In this document: in pieces, positions 1-21,177 of the stretch
Layout of the letters: each line of letters starts with the position of its first letter
Numbering within the stretch: position 1 is the first letter of the stretch
Assembly (NCBI GenBank): GCA_002269645.1
Contig: NIVC01000551.1
Coordinates: 186,001-250,000 of the forward strand
DNA: 64,000 nt
DNA from: Macrostomum lignano
Taxonomy: Eukaryota
Direction of reading: 5' to 3'
Program-made: the position numbers and the translations under genes
The notes under the pieces: model-generated
Seen by the model: the letters and a program-made list of their open reading frames with translations, nothing else
Told to the model about the DNA's origin: nothing
The model's database searches: none

Positions 1-185
1 GTTTTCTATAAGCTAATGAAAGAAATATTCCAAACCTGGGGATCCTATAAGCTAATGGGAGAAATATCCCAAAACTGAGGATCCCATATGCTAATGGGAG
101 AAATATCCCAAAACTGAGGATCCCATATGCTAATGGGAGAAATATCCCAAAACTGAGGATCCCATATGCAAATGGGAGAGTTATC
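1..185. repeat. 39-bp tandem repeat (GCTAATGGGAGAAATATCCCAAAACTGAGGATCCCATAT), 4-5 copies, probably intronic
   Basis: GAAATATCCC recurs at 61, 100 and 139 (period 39). It lies downstream of the ankyrin exon donor site on the - strand. Confidence 0.9.
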
Positions 186-235
186 TAAAAATATGCGAAT
201 AACCAAAGAATTACCCCTGCACTTTGGCCTCTCAC

Positions 236-607
236 CTGTCCGCATCCTGGCACACTTTTAGCCAAATCCAGCGGAGTCCTGCCCAGCCAGTCCTTAACGC
301 ACCGAGCCGCACCGGCTTCAACCAGACGCTCGGCCACCCAGGCCGGGGCACCGGCACTGGCCGCATAGTGCAGCGGCGTCCACCCCGACGGTTCCACCTC
401 GGGCGAGTCGCGCAATTCGCAGCTGTTCACCAGCGACGATTTAAAAGTGCCGGCATCGAAGGCGACGTCCCAGGATTTGCTTTTGAATGGCTGGAACAGC
501 CGCAAGATGCAATCGGCGTAGGTGTCTTTCAGTGTCGACTTCAGGGTGATTCCCGACCAGTCCGGCATGATGGGGCCGCTGGAAGCTGCGAAATTTACTG
601 AGCTCAT
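236..607 (-). CDS. Exon of an ankyrin-repeat protein (partial; 5' boundary uncertain)
   Basis: Translation contains GWTPLHYAASAG...GAARCVKDWLGRTPLDLA (ankyrin TPLH motifs). Donor CAG|GTGAGA at 236/235. The best acceptor (628/627) is not in frame with this ORF, so an indel or a different acceptor is needed. Confidence 0.7.
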
Positions 608-639
608 AGCATCTCGTAGGCCTTAGCTGGTGTAAAGAA

Positions 640-1610
640 TGAATCTCAGTAGATGTAGGGGCGAATCTCATAGGATACAGGGGCGAATCTCATAGGATAC
701 AGGGGCGAATCTATTAGGGTACAGGGGCGAATCTCATAGAGTACAGGGGCGAATCTCAGAGGGTACAGGGGCGAATCTCATAGTCGATACAGGGGGAAAT
801 CTCATAGGGTACAGGGGCGAATCTCATAGGGTACAGGGGCGAATCTCATAGGGTACAGGGGCGAATCTCATAGGGTACAGGGGCGAATCTCAGAGGGTAC
901 AGGGGCTAATCTCATAGTAGATACAGGGGGAAATCTCATACGGTACAGGGGCGAATCTCATAGTAGATACAGGGCGAATCTCCTAGCAGATAGTGACAAA
1001 TCTCATTTAAGAAACATAGACGCATGTCATACTGGATATAGGGACGAATCTCAGCAGATACAGAGGCGAATCTCATAGCAGATTCAGGGGCGAATCTCAG
1101 TGGATACAGGGACAAATCTCATAGTGGATACAGAGACGAATCTCATAGTGGCTACAGGGACGAATCTCATAGTCGATACAGAGACGAATCTCATAGTGGA
1201 TACAGAGACGAATCTCATAGTGGCTACAGGGACGAATCTCATAGTGGCTACAGGGACGAATCTCATAGTGGATACAGAGACGAATCTCATAGTGGATACA
1301 GAGACGAATCTCATAGTGGATACAGGGACGAATCTCATAGTGGATACAGAGACGAATCTCATAGTGGCTACAGGGACGAATCTCATAGTGGATACAGAGA
1401 CGAATCTCATAGTGGATACAGGGACGAATTTCATAGTGGATACAGGGACGAATCTCAGAGGGTACAGGGGCGAATCTCAGAGGGTACAGGGGCGAATCTC
1501 ATAGTCGATACAGGGGAAATCTCATACGGTACAGGGGCGAATCTCATAGTAGATACAGAGACGAATCTCATAGCAGATGCAGGGACGAATCTCATAGCAG
1601 ATGCAGGGGC
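640..1610. repeat. 22-bp minisatellite (GAATCTCATAGGGTACAGGGGC and variants)
   Basis: GAATCTCA recurs every 22 bp (e.g. 841, 863). It explains the spurious ORFs 1084..1434 and 1100..1504. Confidence 0.95.
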
Positions 1611-2384
1611 GACCTGCCAAATGGGGATGAAATAATCTTGAAAAACAGGATCCTAAAAGAAATTTACTAAATGAAAGATTTTTAACTGTCGCTTCGAGAT
1701 ATCAGATTTTTATTATAATTTTATCAGATTAATTATAGCAGGTTGTTCATTGGAATCGAAAGTGTTCATCTAAAACAATAATAATTATTTAATAAACTAC
1801 CGGTACTAACAATAGCATTATTCGTGTGCAGATTTCACTATACTACTTATAATAATGAACGATTTATATATTGACTTTATTAAAAATAGACTAAACCACA
1901 ACAAAAGGAATGCTAATCACAACAAATAAATATTTTGACAGCAACTCTCTAGAGTATACTACTCATATCATCGCAACAACAGTAATAGCGTTGGGGTTTA
2001 AACCGTAATGAAAAAGTCTGCATTCTGAATCAGAATATGGCAATCATCAAAAACCTGCTTATTGTAATAATTGTAATAATAATTATCACTAAAGATTCTC
2101 TGCTGGCAAATCACTAATTACTGAGGACAAAAACTGGAATATGAAGAAAAACATCATTGATAAACTAATTAATTCATAATTTGTGTCTTCTGCTGCTGAA
2201 TAATCCATTGGACACTAAGTTCGTTTGAATGACAGCATAACTGAATATATACGTGTGTGTGTAGCATTCTAAATGAATATTAATCAGAAAAGTTAATGTA
2301 GCAATCCCAGGTTAAATGACAATGGCAGGTTCTGCTTTAACCTTGTTTATTTTTCTGAGTTGCTACGTGCTGTTGCTTTTGTGC

Positions 2385-3118
2385 AACTGAAGATCTGGGA
2401 GGCTGGCCCAGCAACTGAAGATCTGGGAGGCTGGCCCAGCAATTCTGAGGATGTGGGAGGCTGGCCCAGCAACTGAGGATGTGGGAGGCTGGCCCAGCAA
2501 CTGAAGATCTGGGAGGCTGGCCCAGCAATTCTGAGGATGTGGGAGGCTGGCCCAGCAATTCTGAGGATGTGGGAGGCTGGCCCAGCATTTCTGAGGATGT
2601 GGGAGGCTGGCCCAGCAATTCTGAGGATGTGGGAGGCTGGCCCAGCAATTCTGAGGATGTGGGAGGCTGGCCCAGCAATTCTGAGGATGTGGGAGGCTGG
2701 CCCAGCAATTCTGAGGATGTGGGAGGCTGGCCCAGCAATTCTGAGGATGTGGGAGGCTGGCCCAGCAATTCTGAGGATGTGAGAGGCTGGCCCAGCAATT
2801 CTGAGGATGTGGGAGGCTGGCCCAGCAATTCTGAGGATGTGGGAGGCTGGCCCAGCAATTCTGAGGATGTGGGACGCTGGCCCAGCAATTCTGAGGATGT
2901 GGGACGCTGGCCCAGCAATTCTGAGGATGTGAGAGGCTGGCCCAGCAATTCTGAGGATGTGAGAGGCTGGCCCAGTAACTGAGGATCTCGGAGGCTGGCA
3001 AAGTAACTGAGGATCTGGGAGGCTGGCAAAGCAACTGAGCATCTGGGAGGCTGGCCCAGCAACTGGGGATCTGTGAGGCTGGCCCAGCAACTGGGGATCT
3101 GTGAGGCTGGGCCAGCAA
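2385..3118. repeat. 28/30-bp minisatellite (GGGAGGCTGGCCCAGCAA(TT)CTGAGGATGT/CT)
   Basis: Exact 30-bp period in 2521-2940 and 28-bp variants at the edges. Same family at 52388 and 57722. Confidence 0.95.
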
Positions 3119-3606
3119 CAAAGAGGAGAATATTAATTAGAATTAATCGCAAACCAGCAGCAAAGCTCAGGATTTAAAACAGGTAACAAAAACAGGACAA
3201 AAATACAAATTAAATAAACAATAGATTGAACAGCAGTGATCTGGAAAACAATAAAAACCTTAAATTGTGCATGCCGGAATAGACACACAGAACCCACAAA
3301 GAGACTATTGAATTGAGAAAAGTCTATCAATCTATAAATAAATAAATAAATTCGCGCGCAGAGTGAGTGAATCAAGCGAACCAAATTCAGGAAAAAAGAA
3401 CTGATCTGCAATTCTGCTGCTACATCAGCTATATCATATAGATTATCATTACTAATGCAAATAGAATTACTTCAAAACAATATTATGCGAGTGGGACGAT
3501 AAAATGGTTTGGTTTTTTGTAGTTTTTCTGTTGTCGGCTTCATTCAATAATTTTCACACCCAGACAACTTAAACATCCGGAGACGTTCTCTTAATAGCTC
3601 TCATCC

Positions 3607-8812
<5,206 letters not shown>

Positions 8813-9567
8813 TGCTAATGCTTTTTTAGTTTCTGTTCAAGTTTAATTTAAATACAAAACTGTTGTCAAATTTATCATGCAAAATAATATAATTAAAAAA
8901 GTTGAAAAATGCAAACAAGTCTACTACAAGTACTATCAAATAACAATGAGAAAGTATTCAAAGAGAAATTGCACATACCATAATAAACATTTACGAGTAC
9001 TTATTGGAGCATTTCATTGGCATGCCTTATTAACTTCTTTTATATGAGCTATTTCATTGATCTAGGCAAGGATCTTAGCCTATGGTAGCAAAATGTGTTT
9101 TTGCAATGATTTACAACTTAAGGACAAAGAATATTATTATTGTGCATATACTCGTACATTATGCCCTATGCAATATACAGTACATCAGTTGCATGATCTT
9201 AAGTACATGTATTGCATATATGTGTAAGGTATATATATGCTTGTACTCAGCAACATCAAAAAGTCGCCATCACAGAAGGTTCTTTCTGTGGTCGCCACTT
9301 TTGAAAGTGCAGGTAAAGCCTCTCATCTTTCTGAGTGACATAACTCAGCTACGCCATGGCGGACTTGAGTTTAGGAATGAAGTGGGGGAATGGTTTGCAA
9401 GGGTTGAACGGATTAAAGCTACACCAATCAGTTTTCTTGTAACTTTTAGTTCAGAATAGTTCAAGAGAAATTTCTCACTGGCGCATAGAGTGGCAGCTTT
9501 ACAATGTTGCTGAGTATAAATATATGTTGTATTTTCTTACTTATGACACAGAAAATAAAGTTGTCAA

Positions 9568-9799
9568 CAATGGTGGTGCAGGTGGGGGCAAAGAGGGATG
9601 CTGCCCCTTGGTGACTACCATCCTACCCTCTGGGGGATGACCACTCCCATCCTTTTATGAAGTGACCCACTATAATTTTTAGTACGAGCTTGCTATGCTT
9701 TTTTGTAAGATTTTAGCATAATGCACTGCTCTAATTCTTAAAATTAGAGGGGGTGACCACCCAACCACTGCCCCCCCATAATTGGAAGTGATGCCACTA
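9568..9799. mobile_element. hAT-type MITE, 232 bp
   Basis: Perfect 8-bp TSD GTTGTCAA at 9560-9567 and 9800-9807. Degenerate termini CAATGGTGG / TAGTGGCAT (reverse complement) resemble the hAT YAGTGGCG end motif. Confidence 0.7.
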
Positions 9800-11332
9800 G
9801 TTGTCAATTCAAAGTTTATTTAGAAAAAGGAACTGTTTTGTTGCTTTGTAAATAAACTAAAGCTTAACTAATCATGATCCTAGTCATAACTAAAAAATTC
9901 TAGGAACCATTACAAAAAGTTTTTCTTCTACATTTCTAAATATAATAAGTATATAAATAAAAAGCTAAGTATATTTATAGTAAACGATTAATTTAATTGT
10001 TTTAAGGAGATGGATCATCATTTTTAAGTCTATGGCTACTATTATTTTACTTTTCTAATATCCTAGTCATAACATCTTAAATGTAATAGATGTCTTCCAA
10101 TTTTTCAATGAATGAAATTGAAAAATTTAGTTTTATCTTGGCTTTATCTTTATTGTATTCAATAAAAGAGATTTCTATTGTTCTTTTGTTAAAGTTTTAA
10201 GGCAAAGGCTAAAAGTATTAAAAAGTAATAGTTAGTCGAAGTTATATATTTTTGCATAAGTTTTGAGAAAAATGTTGCTTATTTAAACAAAAATGCCATA
10301 AAACCCTTATTTGGCAATTAGGAATACTATATTTCAATAATTATAGGTATATTAAATAGAAGAAAGATTAAGCATGACTTCTATAGTCTGGATCATGCTT
10401 GGTGCACACCTGAACAAAAATTGAATAATGATAAATGCATACCAAAAAATTGTGCATAGGCCTACCCATACTCTTAATTATAGGACGTAGGAGTATTTAT
10501 TTATTGTAACAATAAATGGCCTTTTTTGTGTTGTGATAGTTAAAGACCTTTTTGTGCTGTGTAAAGCATATTTTTAGCAAATAATTTGCTTTTTAATCTT
10601 TTTTGCCTATACTGGGCTATCTTTGGTAGAAAATTGATAGGTATAAACATTTGTTTAATTGCTATATTATAAGCTTAAAAACTGGAAAGCTTGAAATTTA
10701 TGCTTAAAAATAAACTTTTTGGAATGATTATTTTTCTAGTTATAAGTAACACTACCTTTTTTATGTGAATTTTATGAAGTGCATGCTAGGTATACACAAA
10801 TACCATTTTCTTAGGAGTCCTTCACACCAACTGTGCATGCTAATGTTTGGCATGCAAGGCTAATGTATGCCTACATTTTTAGGTGTATATTACATGATTT
10901 GGAGTGTGGCATGTCATTTGAAGGAGCTATTTGAATAAATCATAAGGGCCAAGCCTAAAGACAAGACATGCTTAAATTGTTTAATCTTTTATAAAATATA
11001 GAATAGACAAAAAGACTTTAGGGCTTTTTTTAAATGTTACCAAATAAAATCCTAGAAAACACAAATAATGCCTAGAAAATTAGAATCTTAATAAAATTAA
11101 AAAACGAACAAGTTTGCACGTTCCACGACACAATATACTTGTGCAATATAGTAGTATAATTTAAAAGGAGTTTTAGTATATTGGATTGACACAATATTTG
11201 ACTGTCTTTACGGACACTACTGGCGACGTTCGAGCTACCTACGTACATGTATCGAATCATGTTGCATTTAAAGCCCATTGTTCAGAGACAACCGTCGTGC
11301 CCCCAGGCATATGAGTGCTGAGTGGTAGATTA

Positions 11333-11511
11333 CTAGGAACACGGCCGCCATGTCCCTATACAAAGAGCTAGGGACACGGTGGCCATGCTGCGAGTCCACA
11401 TAGCTAAAGACACGGCCGCTGTGGCTCTAGGCACAGAGTAGCGTGGTAGCTAGGGACACGGCAGCCATGTCCTTAGACATAGAGTTAGAGGCACTGCCGC
11501 CGTGTCCCTAG
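11333..11511. repeat. Degenerate ~35-bp repeat (5 copies) with a palindromic core CTAGGGACACGGC-N-GCCGTGTCCCTAG
   Basis: Copies start at about 11333, 11368, 11404, 11450 and 11485. The consensus is self-complementary. Confidence 0.75.
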
Positions 11512-12699
11512 TCATGGTGATTTAATTATACTATAAACAAAAAAAATTAAAGATTTACTACAATGATAAAAGCATGACAAAGATAAAGGCTTGATAAGCA
11601 TTCCATACACCAGGTTCATGTTTCCCAGCGGCAGCATGCACTTAACATGATCCAGGATTCTAGAGACCAGAGTAGGCCTATGGCTACTACAGGTCTATAC
11701 AGTATACTATTAGTATTATTGGCTAATATCTATGCCATGCCTATCACAGTGAATTAACGAGATAAAAAGCTAAAAGCATGCTTATTGGGCTAAAAATTAA
11801 AAAGGTAAGCTTCCAGTTCCATTGCAGTAGCAGTAGGCTACTATGATTCCTGTCTACTAGTACTACTACTCTCTACTAACAAAAAAACTTAAGCATGATA
11901 TCCATTTATACATGTTAAGCATGTTAAGCGCCGGCAAGCAGCATATTTTTATATCGACGAATATGCATATTTTATCTGTCTATTCACAGTTTAGTAAAAT
12001 TTTTGTAGTGTCGCTAGGCCCTAGCAATCTAGCATTATTACTTTGAGTTTGGGGGGGGGGTGGGCAGTGATTTTTGTACAACTAATTTCGCATTTGAATA
12101 TCTGCGTAGTTATTATTTAAAACAAACTACAACATTAATCTAAAATAAATACTTTTAATTTATAACTAGAGGGATCAAGTTGCCGTTAATTAACACTGCT
12201 TCTTGTTAATTTTGGCGAAAAGCATGAGAAATATTTTCAAAACTTAATCGTTTTAAACAGGTGGGTTGTGTAACTATTCATCAAACTAATTTACTTTAAA
12301 AAGCATAAATAATGCGAATACTAATGCTAAAACTAATACAAATTGAAAAAAATAATCATTAACGTATTTCTACGTTACATCTGTGTGTTTTTGATTTGTA
12401 TACATGCGCGTACATGTATTGTCATTCATAAAGCTTACGCGTATTTCATAGGTAGATAAAAACATGTCAATGACGACTTACGGTGACTTACGCTTTTCAT
12501 AACTTTGTTGTCGAGGTCGTCGAGAGATATTTCATGTACCATTAATGTTACATATGTGGCTTAAAACTTTCTGGAGGTAATGTACACACATACATAAAAA
12601 TATCCGCTCTGTACTGCTGCTCTACCGTCTGTCTCGAAGCGGCCACCAACAACAGCCAGCAACAGCTAGGCCCTGCAGCGGGGGCAGCCGGTATGGGGA

Positions 12700-13740
12700 G
12701 ATCTGGGGAGGCTTCATTTAAGCAGGCGCGAGCAACCAGCGGATCGAGGAGGCCTACATGTATATGCGGCTGTCGATCTACAGTATCTGCAGCGTGAGAA
12801 TTTTGCTGTTGATGACGCCCTTCAGGCCGTCTCTATCGCTCGGCCCGATGCGAGAGGTCGCGTGGCCTGCACTGGTCGGCCATCAACACTCTGACTGGAA
12901 AGCGGCGCATTCCGCTAAACCAGGCAGGCCGCGACTCTGCGGACGAGCGCAGGAACGAGCTGCGTCAGTTCTTCGCCGCCATTGTCAACGCGTCGCCACC
13001 CAGCCAGCTGCCAGACAGTCTGACTCTGCCGCCGAAGATGTTGTTGCCGGCAGAGGAGAGTTTCATCAGTCTAGCACCAGTCAGCACAGCCGACGCTGTG
13101 ACGTCTCGCTTAAACATTCACCGGGCGGGAAAGCGCGCGCTGGGTTCGGACGAGGTGCTCATTGAGCGCTGCGCGTTTACCGTGTGGCCATGCAGTGAGG
13201 TCGCCGGAGTGATGAATCAACTGTCCTGGGTGCCAAGAGACAATTTGACAAGCTAGTTGCTGTTGCAGCGAGTGTCGGCCTGGTGGTCAACACGCAGAAA
13301 ACCATTATGCTTTGCGTGCCGGACGACATCGAGGCTGCGATTTTGTGACGAGGAGCTGATGGACAGGCGACGGAGCTCCCGCGTTGTTGAGGATTTGCGG
13401 CGTCGATCGCAGCGGGCTTGCCTAGGCTGCCTTTCGTTCTGTGAGGGCAGTCCTGCAGTCCGAGGCCCTACTCTATTCACTCGAGAATTGCTGTGCCGTC
13501 GGCGACTACAACTGGCAGACCACATTATCTGCGCCGAGACGTCCTGCCCACAGCCGGTGCAGGAGGTGCTACTGCTGACGCTGCAGAGGCACCCTTCCGG
13601 TGGGTCAGACCCGCACTCGGCGTTTCGTCGACTGTCTGTTGGCTGACGCCGGCGCCCCGGATTCGGCCGGCGGCTTGGCGTTCGTTTGTGACCTGGCCCT
13701 GAGGCGCGCTATGACGCCGTATTTTGTTTTTGTTGCTGTT
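12700..13740 (+). mobile_element. Degenerate, internally deleted RTE-type non-LTR retrotransposon fragment with 3' end
   Basis: Collinear frameshifted pieces: AINTLTGKRR..DERRNELRQFFAAIVNA..GKALGSDEV (pre-RT), VGLVVNTQKT (RT end), AFRSVRAVLQSEAL, RRRLQLADHII..QEVLLLTLQ, RRFVDCLLADAG..DLALRRA. A TTG-rich tail follows. Confidence 0.75.
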
Positions 13741-14518
13741 GATACACATGTGTACATGTGCATACATGTATGTACACCGAACTGAGGTAAAATTCGATTC
13801 CACATTTATAAAGGCTGATATTCATAAAGCACGATCGTCGGAATGCATACAAGCATATACATGATCGGACAATTTTAACGAGACATTCAAATTCCCTTCT
13901 GATGACTGGGTAAAAGATTGACATAAAAATGCGACGCATACTGGTAAGATACTGCTAAAGATACACGTTTATGCAGCCTGCTACAAGACATTGCCAATTT
14001 TATGTAGAAGCTAGCTAGCTCTGGCTGTAATGAGCCTGTGTTTTTCCCATGTGCAGAGCTGGGCTACTGCGGAGGGGGTCTGTGAATGCGCGGGCCGATG
14101 CTGTACGTTGTACGAGCTACTTGCCCCACCTGCACCTCCACCTGCATCCTCCACGTGGCATTCAATGGCTGCTCAAAAAACTCCGCTCCAATAGTCGCAT
14201 GCTCCAATTTGGGGAGGGAGAGGGATAGAGAAACGCATTCCAGCCTCCCAATGCGGAACAAACAAACTCTTCCCCTCCCTTTCTCGGCCTCACCCATTCA
14301 ATTCCTTGTCGTATAGCTCCCATGCAGAGCTAAAATTTACAAGACTTCCTCCCAAACTGGCCTTCAGAGCAGAGCGTTCGTTATTTCCATCTTTGCTTTC
14401 CCTATCACTGCACTGTAAAGTGCCATCGATTTTTACCTGTAGCACATCTTGTTGGCTCTCAAATCTTCTGTAGTGTCACCAGATTAGTTGTCAATTATTC
14501 CCTTAGGAAACTTCAAGC

Positions 14519-17575
<3,057 letters not shown>

Positions 17576-19278
17576 TTTGCCGGGTTGCTGTAATTAAATG
17601 CCAAAATGTACTTTAACAAAATAAACCGGATGAAAGCGGTAGCTGGGTCAACAAGCGTCCAAGAGTCACTTGCGTCGCCCCAGAGTCGTTGCAGGTAACA
17701 TCAGTAGAGTAGGAAGCAAGCGACGAGATGCCACGGCACAAGTCGCTAAAAAGTCACCAATGAGTTTCCCGAGAGTGACACTGTGCAGCGTTTTATTGTC
17801 TGCAACTTTGAGGGCGACACAAGTAACTCATTGGCGCGACGGTATATAGCGACTCTGGGGCCGTAGAGTATCGAGTAGCGCGCCAGAGTCGCTAGGGTCA
17901 CTGGAGAGTAGTTTTTAACGGATCTTTTGCTATTCTTTTCAAGCTCGTGAAGCAAATATTCGCTGCGAAATGCATCAGCAATGTAGGAAGCTTGTGATAG
18001 AAAGTACCCAAGGACAACTAAAGCAACGTATATACAGGACGCGACACTCACGTTTCCTTGGAAAAAGTTTTGAAAGCCACTTTAGATAAATATTTTTATT
18101 TCACTTTTCTTAAGGCACTCAATTTTTTTCAACAAAGTATGCCTTGCTATCTTAAGCCTTAAGCTTCATTTATAACTCTCTGAAGGGTTCGATTAGACGT
18201 GTAGAATCTGTAAACAGTATAAATAAGTGTTATAGCAAAACGGTAGTATCCGGCAAAATATTTAAGTTCAGCTAAAGCCGCGAATGTTTTTTCTTAAAGG
18301 ATGATATATTTCGAAGGTCCCAGGGAAGAAAGACATTTCCACGTGTAAAAGTGGCCTTCAAAACATTTACCGTAGGTTTAGAGTGTTGCGTCCTTCTACT
18401 TTAGTAGTCTTTGGAAGTACCCAAATTCCTAATGTCTCATCCTTTGAACGTCCGAATTTTCGATGAAGTCATTATATTCATCGTCGAGGTGCACTAGCTA
18501 GTGCATTTTGCAGCATAAGAAAGCACCCTTCTGCTTTAGTGGTCCATGCACTTACAACACAATGTGTGATGCTAAATTGTCTGTTTATCCAAATTTTTCT
18601 TTGACGCAGCCAAAACTAATATGATACTAGTAGTAAGACACGCATATTACATTGCCCCATTTACAGTGTAAGCTGTTTCTCAGTGTCGTGAAAAAATACA
18701 CATTTTCTGCTCTTATGTGTCGACTTCAGTTTTCTGTGCTGTTGATATTCAATCGTGATTTACCTTACGAGTTCCTACGGTCATTTTTTTATTAAATGAC
18801 TAACCAAAATTATTATTTATCAAACTGTGGTTCATACAAGAAGTGCTTATTGTAGCCAATAGGCTGCTTTAGGGCAAAGAAATCTCAAAGTAATGTTAGT
18901 TTAACAATGTACGGACTAAGATGTCAATTTGCAGTCTCAAAAATCAATTACGAGTATAGCGATTTTGGTAAAATTTACGAGTAATTTAACGAAAAAACAT
19001 TTCCTGTCGCTAAAATATCTAATAAAAGCAATTCTACGCTCGCATTATTGAATTGAAATAGTGCAGTTTCAATAAAAAAAGAAACTGATTTTGAATCTAC
19101 GGATTCAGGTTTAACGATTTAAACAAAAAATTCTAATCCGTTAAAAAGAATTTGAAATGAAATTTAAAACAGCATGCAGATCTTTAGCAGTTTTTTAGTT
19201 ATGAAAATACAGCTGAAGTACAAGTACTTACACATTGAATTAAAAATGTGTTATTGTCTTCAGACAAAACAATTTTCA

Positions 19279-19435
19279 TCAGACACAAGCGACAAATCCA
19301 GCAACAACCAGCGCCGCTCCAAGACCGAAAGTTGAGGACCCGAGCACGACGGCTCCAACGAAGGTCACCCCTCCAGCAGCCAGAGCAATGCCAACTCTAT
19401 CGCAGCCCTGCGACACCGTCTGGTCCTCGCAGTCC
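19279..19435 (-). CDS. Probable terminal exon encoding a small Gly/Ala-rich hydrophobic segment; upstream exons not identified
   Basis: Candidate acceptor at 19437/19436, then DCEDQTVSQGCDRVGIALAAGGVTFVGAVVLGSSTFGLGAALVVAGFVACV*. It is a GC-rich island in AT-rich flanks. Confidence 0.45.
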
Positions 19436-19756
19436 CTTAGTGAAATAGTAAAATAAATAATTGTGATATTAAAAAAGAGTGATAAAAGGTTAAACGCATC
19501 CAACAAGGCAAACAAAAGCTTCGTACCTCCCATCCGTGTGCTTACAACACTGTCGTTTGCCGCAGAGGGGCTGTCTGGAGAGAGTGTTTAGAAACCAACA
19601 GCGACAATATCATAGAACATCAGATACTGCTTTTTCAATCATTTATCTAGGAATTCTCTGAGGTATCATTTCTACTATTACTACATCGGAAGTAATTAAT
19701 TTTTACTCTTGTGCTGAGAAAGTGCTGGCCAAAACAAATGATCAACTACATGTATG

Positions 19757-20320
19757 CCCCCTCTGAGACAAGCACCGACCCACTGTAGTATAACATGATG
19801 TAACCCCCTCTGAGACAAGCACCGACCCACTGTAGTATAACATGATGTAACCCCCTCTGAGACAAGCACCGACCCACTGTAGTATAACATGATGTAACCC
19901 CCTCTGAGACAAGCACCGACCCACTGTAGTATAACATGATGTAACCCCCTCTGAGACAAGCACCGACCCACTGTAGTATAACATGATGTAACCCCCTCTG
20001 AGACAAGCACCGACCCACTGTAGTATAACATGATGTAACCCCCTCTGAGACAAGCACCGACCCACTGTAGTATAACATGATGTAACCCCCTCTGAGACAA
20101 GCACTGACCCACTGTAGTATAACATGATGTAACCCCCTCTGAGACAAGCACCGACCCACTGTAGTATAACATGATGTAACCCCCTCTGAGACAAGCACCG
20201 ACCCACTGTAGTATAACATGATGTAACCCCCTCTGAGACAAGCACCGACCCACTGTAGTATAACATGATGTAACCCCCTCTGAGACAAGCACCGACCCAC
20301 TGTAGTATAACATGATGTAA
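19757..20320. repeat. 47-bp minisatellite (CCCCCTCTGAGACAAGCACCGACCCACTGTAGTATAACATGATGTAA), about 12 near-identical copies
   Basis: TAACCCCC at 19801 and 19848 (period 47). Confidence 0.97.
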
Positions 20321-21177
20321 AACTCCAAGTTCGTGCAATTTTTTAAGGCTAATGCACCGTGGAGACGGAAAATGTTTTTTCATCACAAAATCAAAGATTG
20401 CATTTGATTCTGGGGCAGTTAAGATTACCATTCTTAGCCAGCAATGAAACAGCTACGAGTAAATTATGTGACTAAAAGCGAATAAGTTTGAATTTGAAAA
20501 TTGAAATTCACTTACGCCATCTGGCAATCTTTACAATTTTCCACTTCACAGCACTGACTCATGATTGATCGTTTATTCAGTTAAACAAACCGAGATAACT
20601 CAGGCTTGTACTTCGAATTCATTTCTATATCCCCGTCTCAATTAGAGCTACTGTTTTTCTAGGGTCAAAACACGGTTGTACCTGGTGAGTCACTAGCTAC
20701 GAGCGTACGTTCGAATTGCCTAGAACAATACTTCACTATAAAAACTAATAATAATTTGCTGCGAATTTTTTCGGTTTCAAAAGTTCTTTTAACTTAACAA
20801 AACATTACTGTGACAGGCTTGCGGTATATTGATTGTTTGAGTCATATATGACACTATAAGAGTCCCGTGAGACACGAAGTAGAGATACTTCTAAGCCAAT
20901 CTTCTTCTTCATCTAAAATTGATTCTACTCAATTCCAGGCTCAATACCTACACAGTATTCTGACTGATTTTGTCACTTATAAACGGTACACTATGGTTGC
21001 ATCAGTGTTAAATTTAAATCGGTGTTAAACATTAAGAGTGAGAGATTAAGGGCAGCCAATGAGAAGGAGGATAGGAGAGAGAGAGCCTGCGCTAGTGAGA
21101 GGGGCCATGGCCGCACCGCCACAATAACCGCGCTGTTTCAAAAACTAAAGATAGTACGAGCTGAGACAGTTGAACTA

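Noticed and set aside
11333-11511. CRISPR-like array of palindromic repeats
   Set aside because: Eukaryotic context, degenerate repeats, short mutually similar spacers and no cas genes.
17746-18051. 101-aa ORF resembling a secreted neuropeptide precursor
   Set aside because: It starts at GTG with an in-frame stop shortly upstream and no ATG. I found no supporting splice structure or homology.
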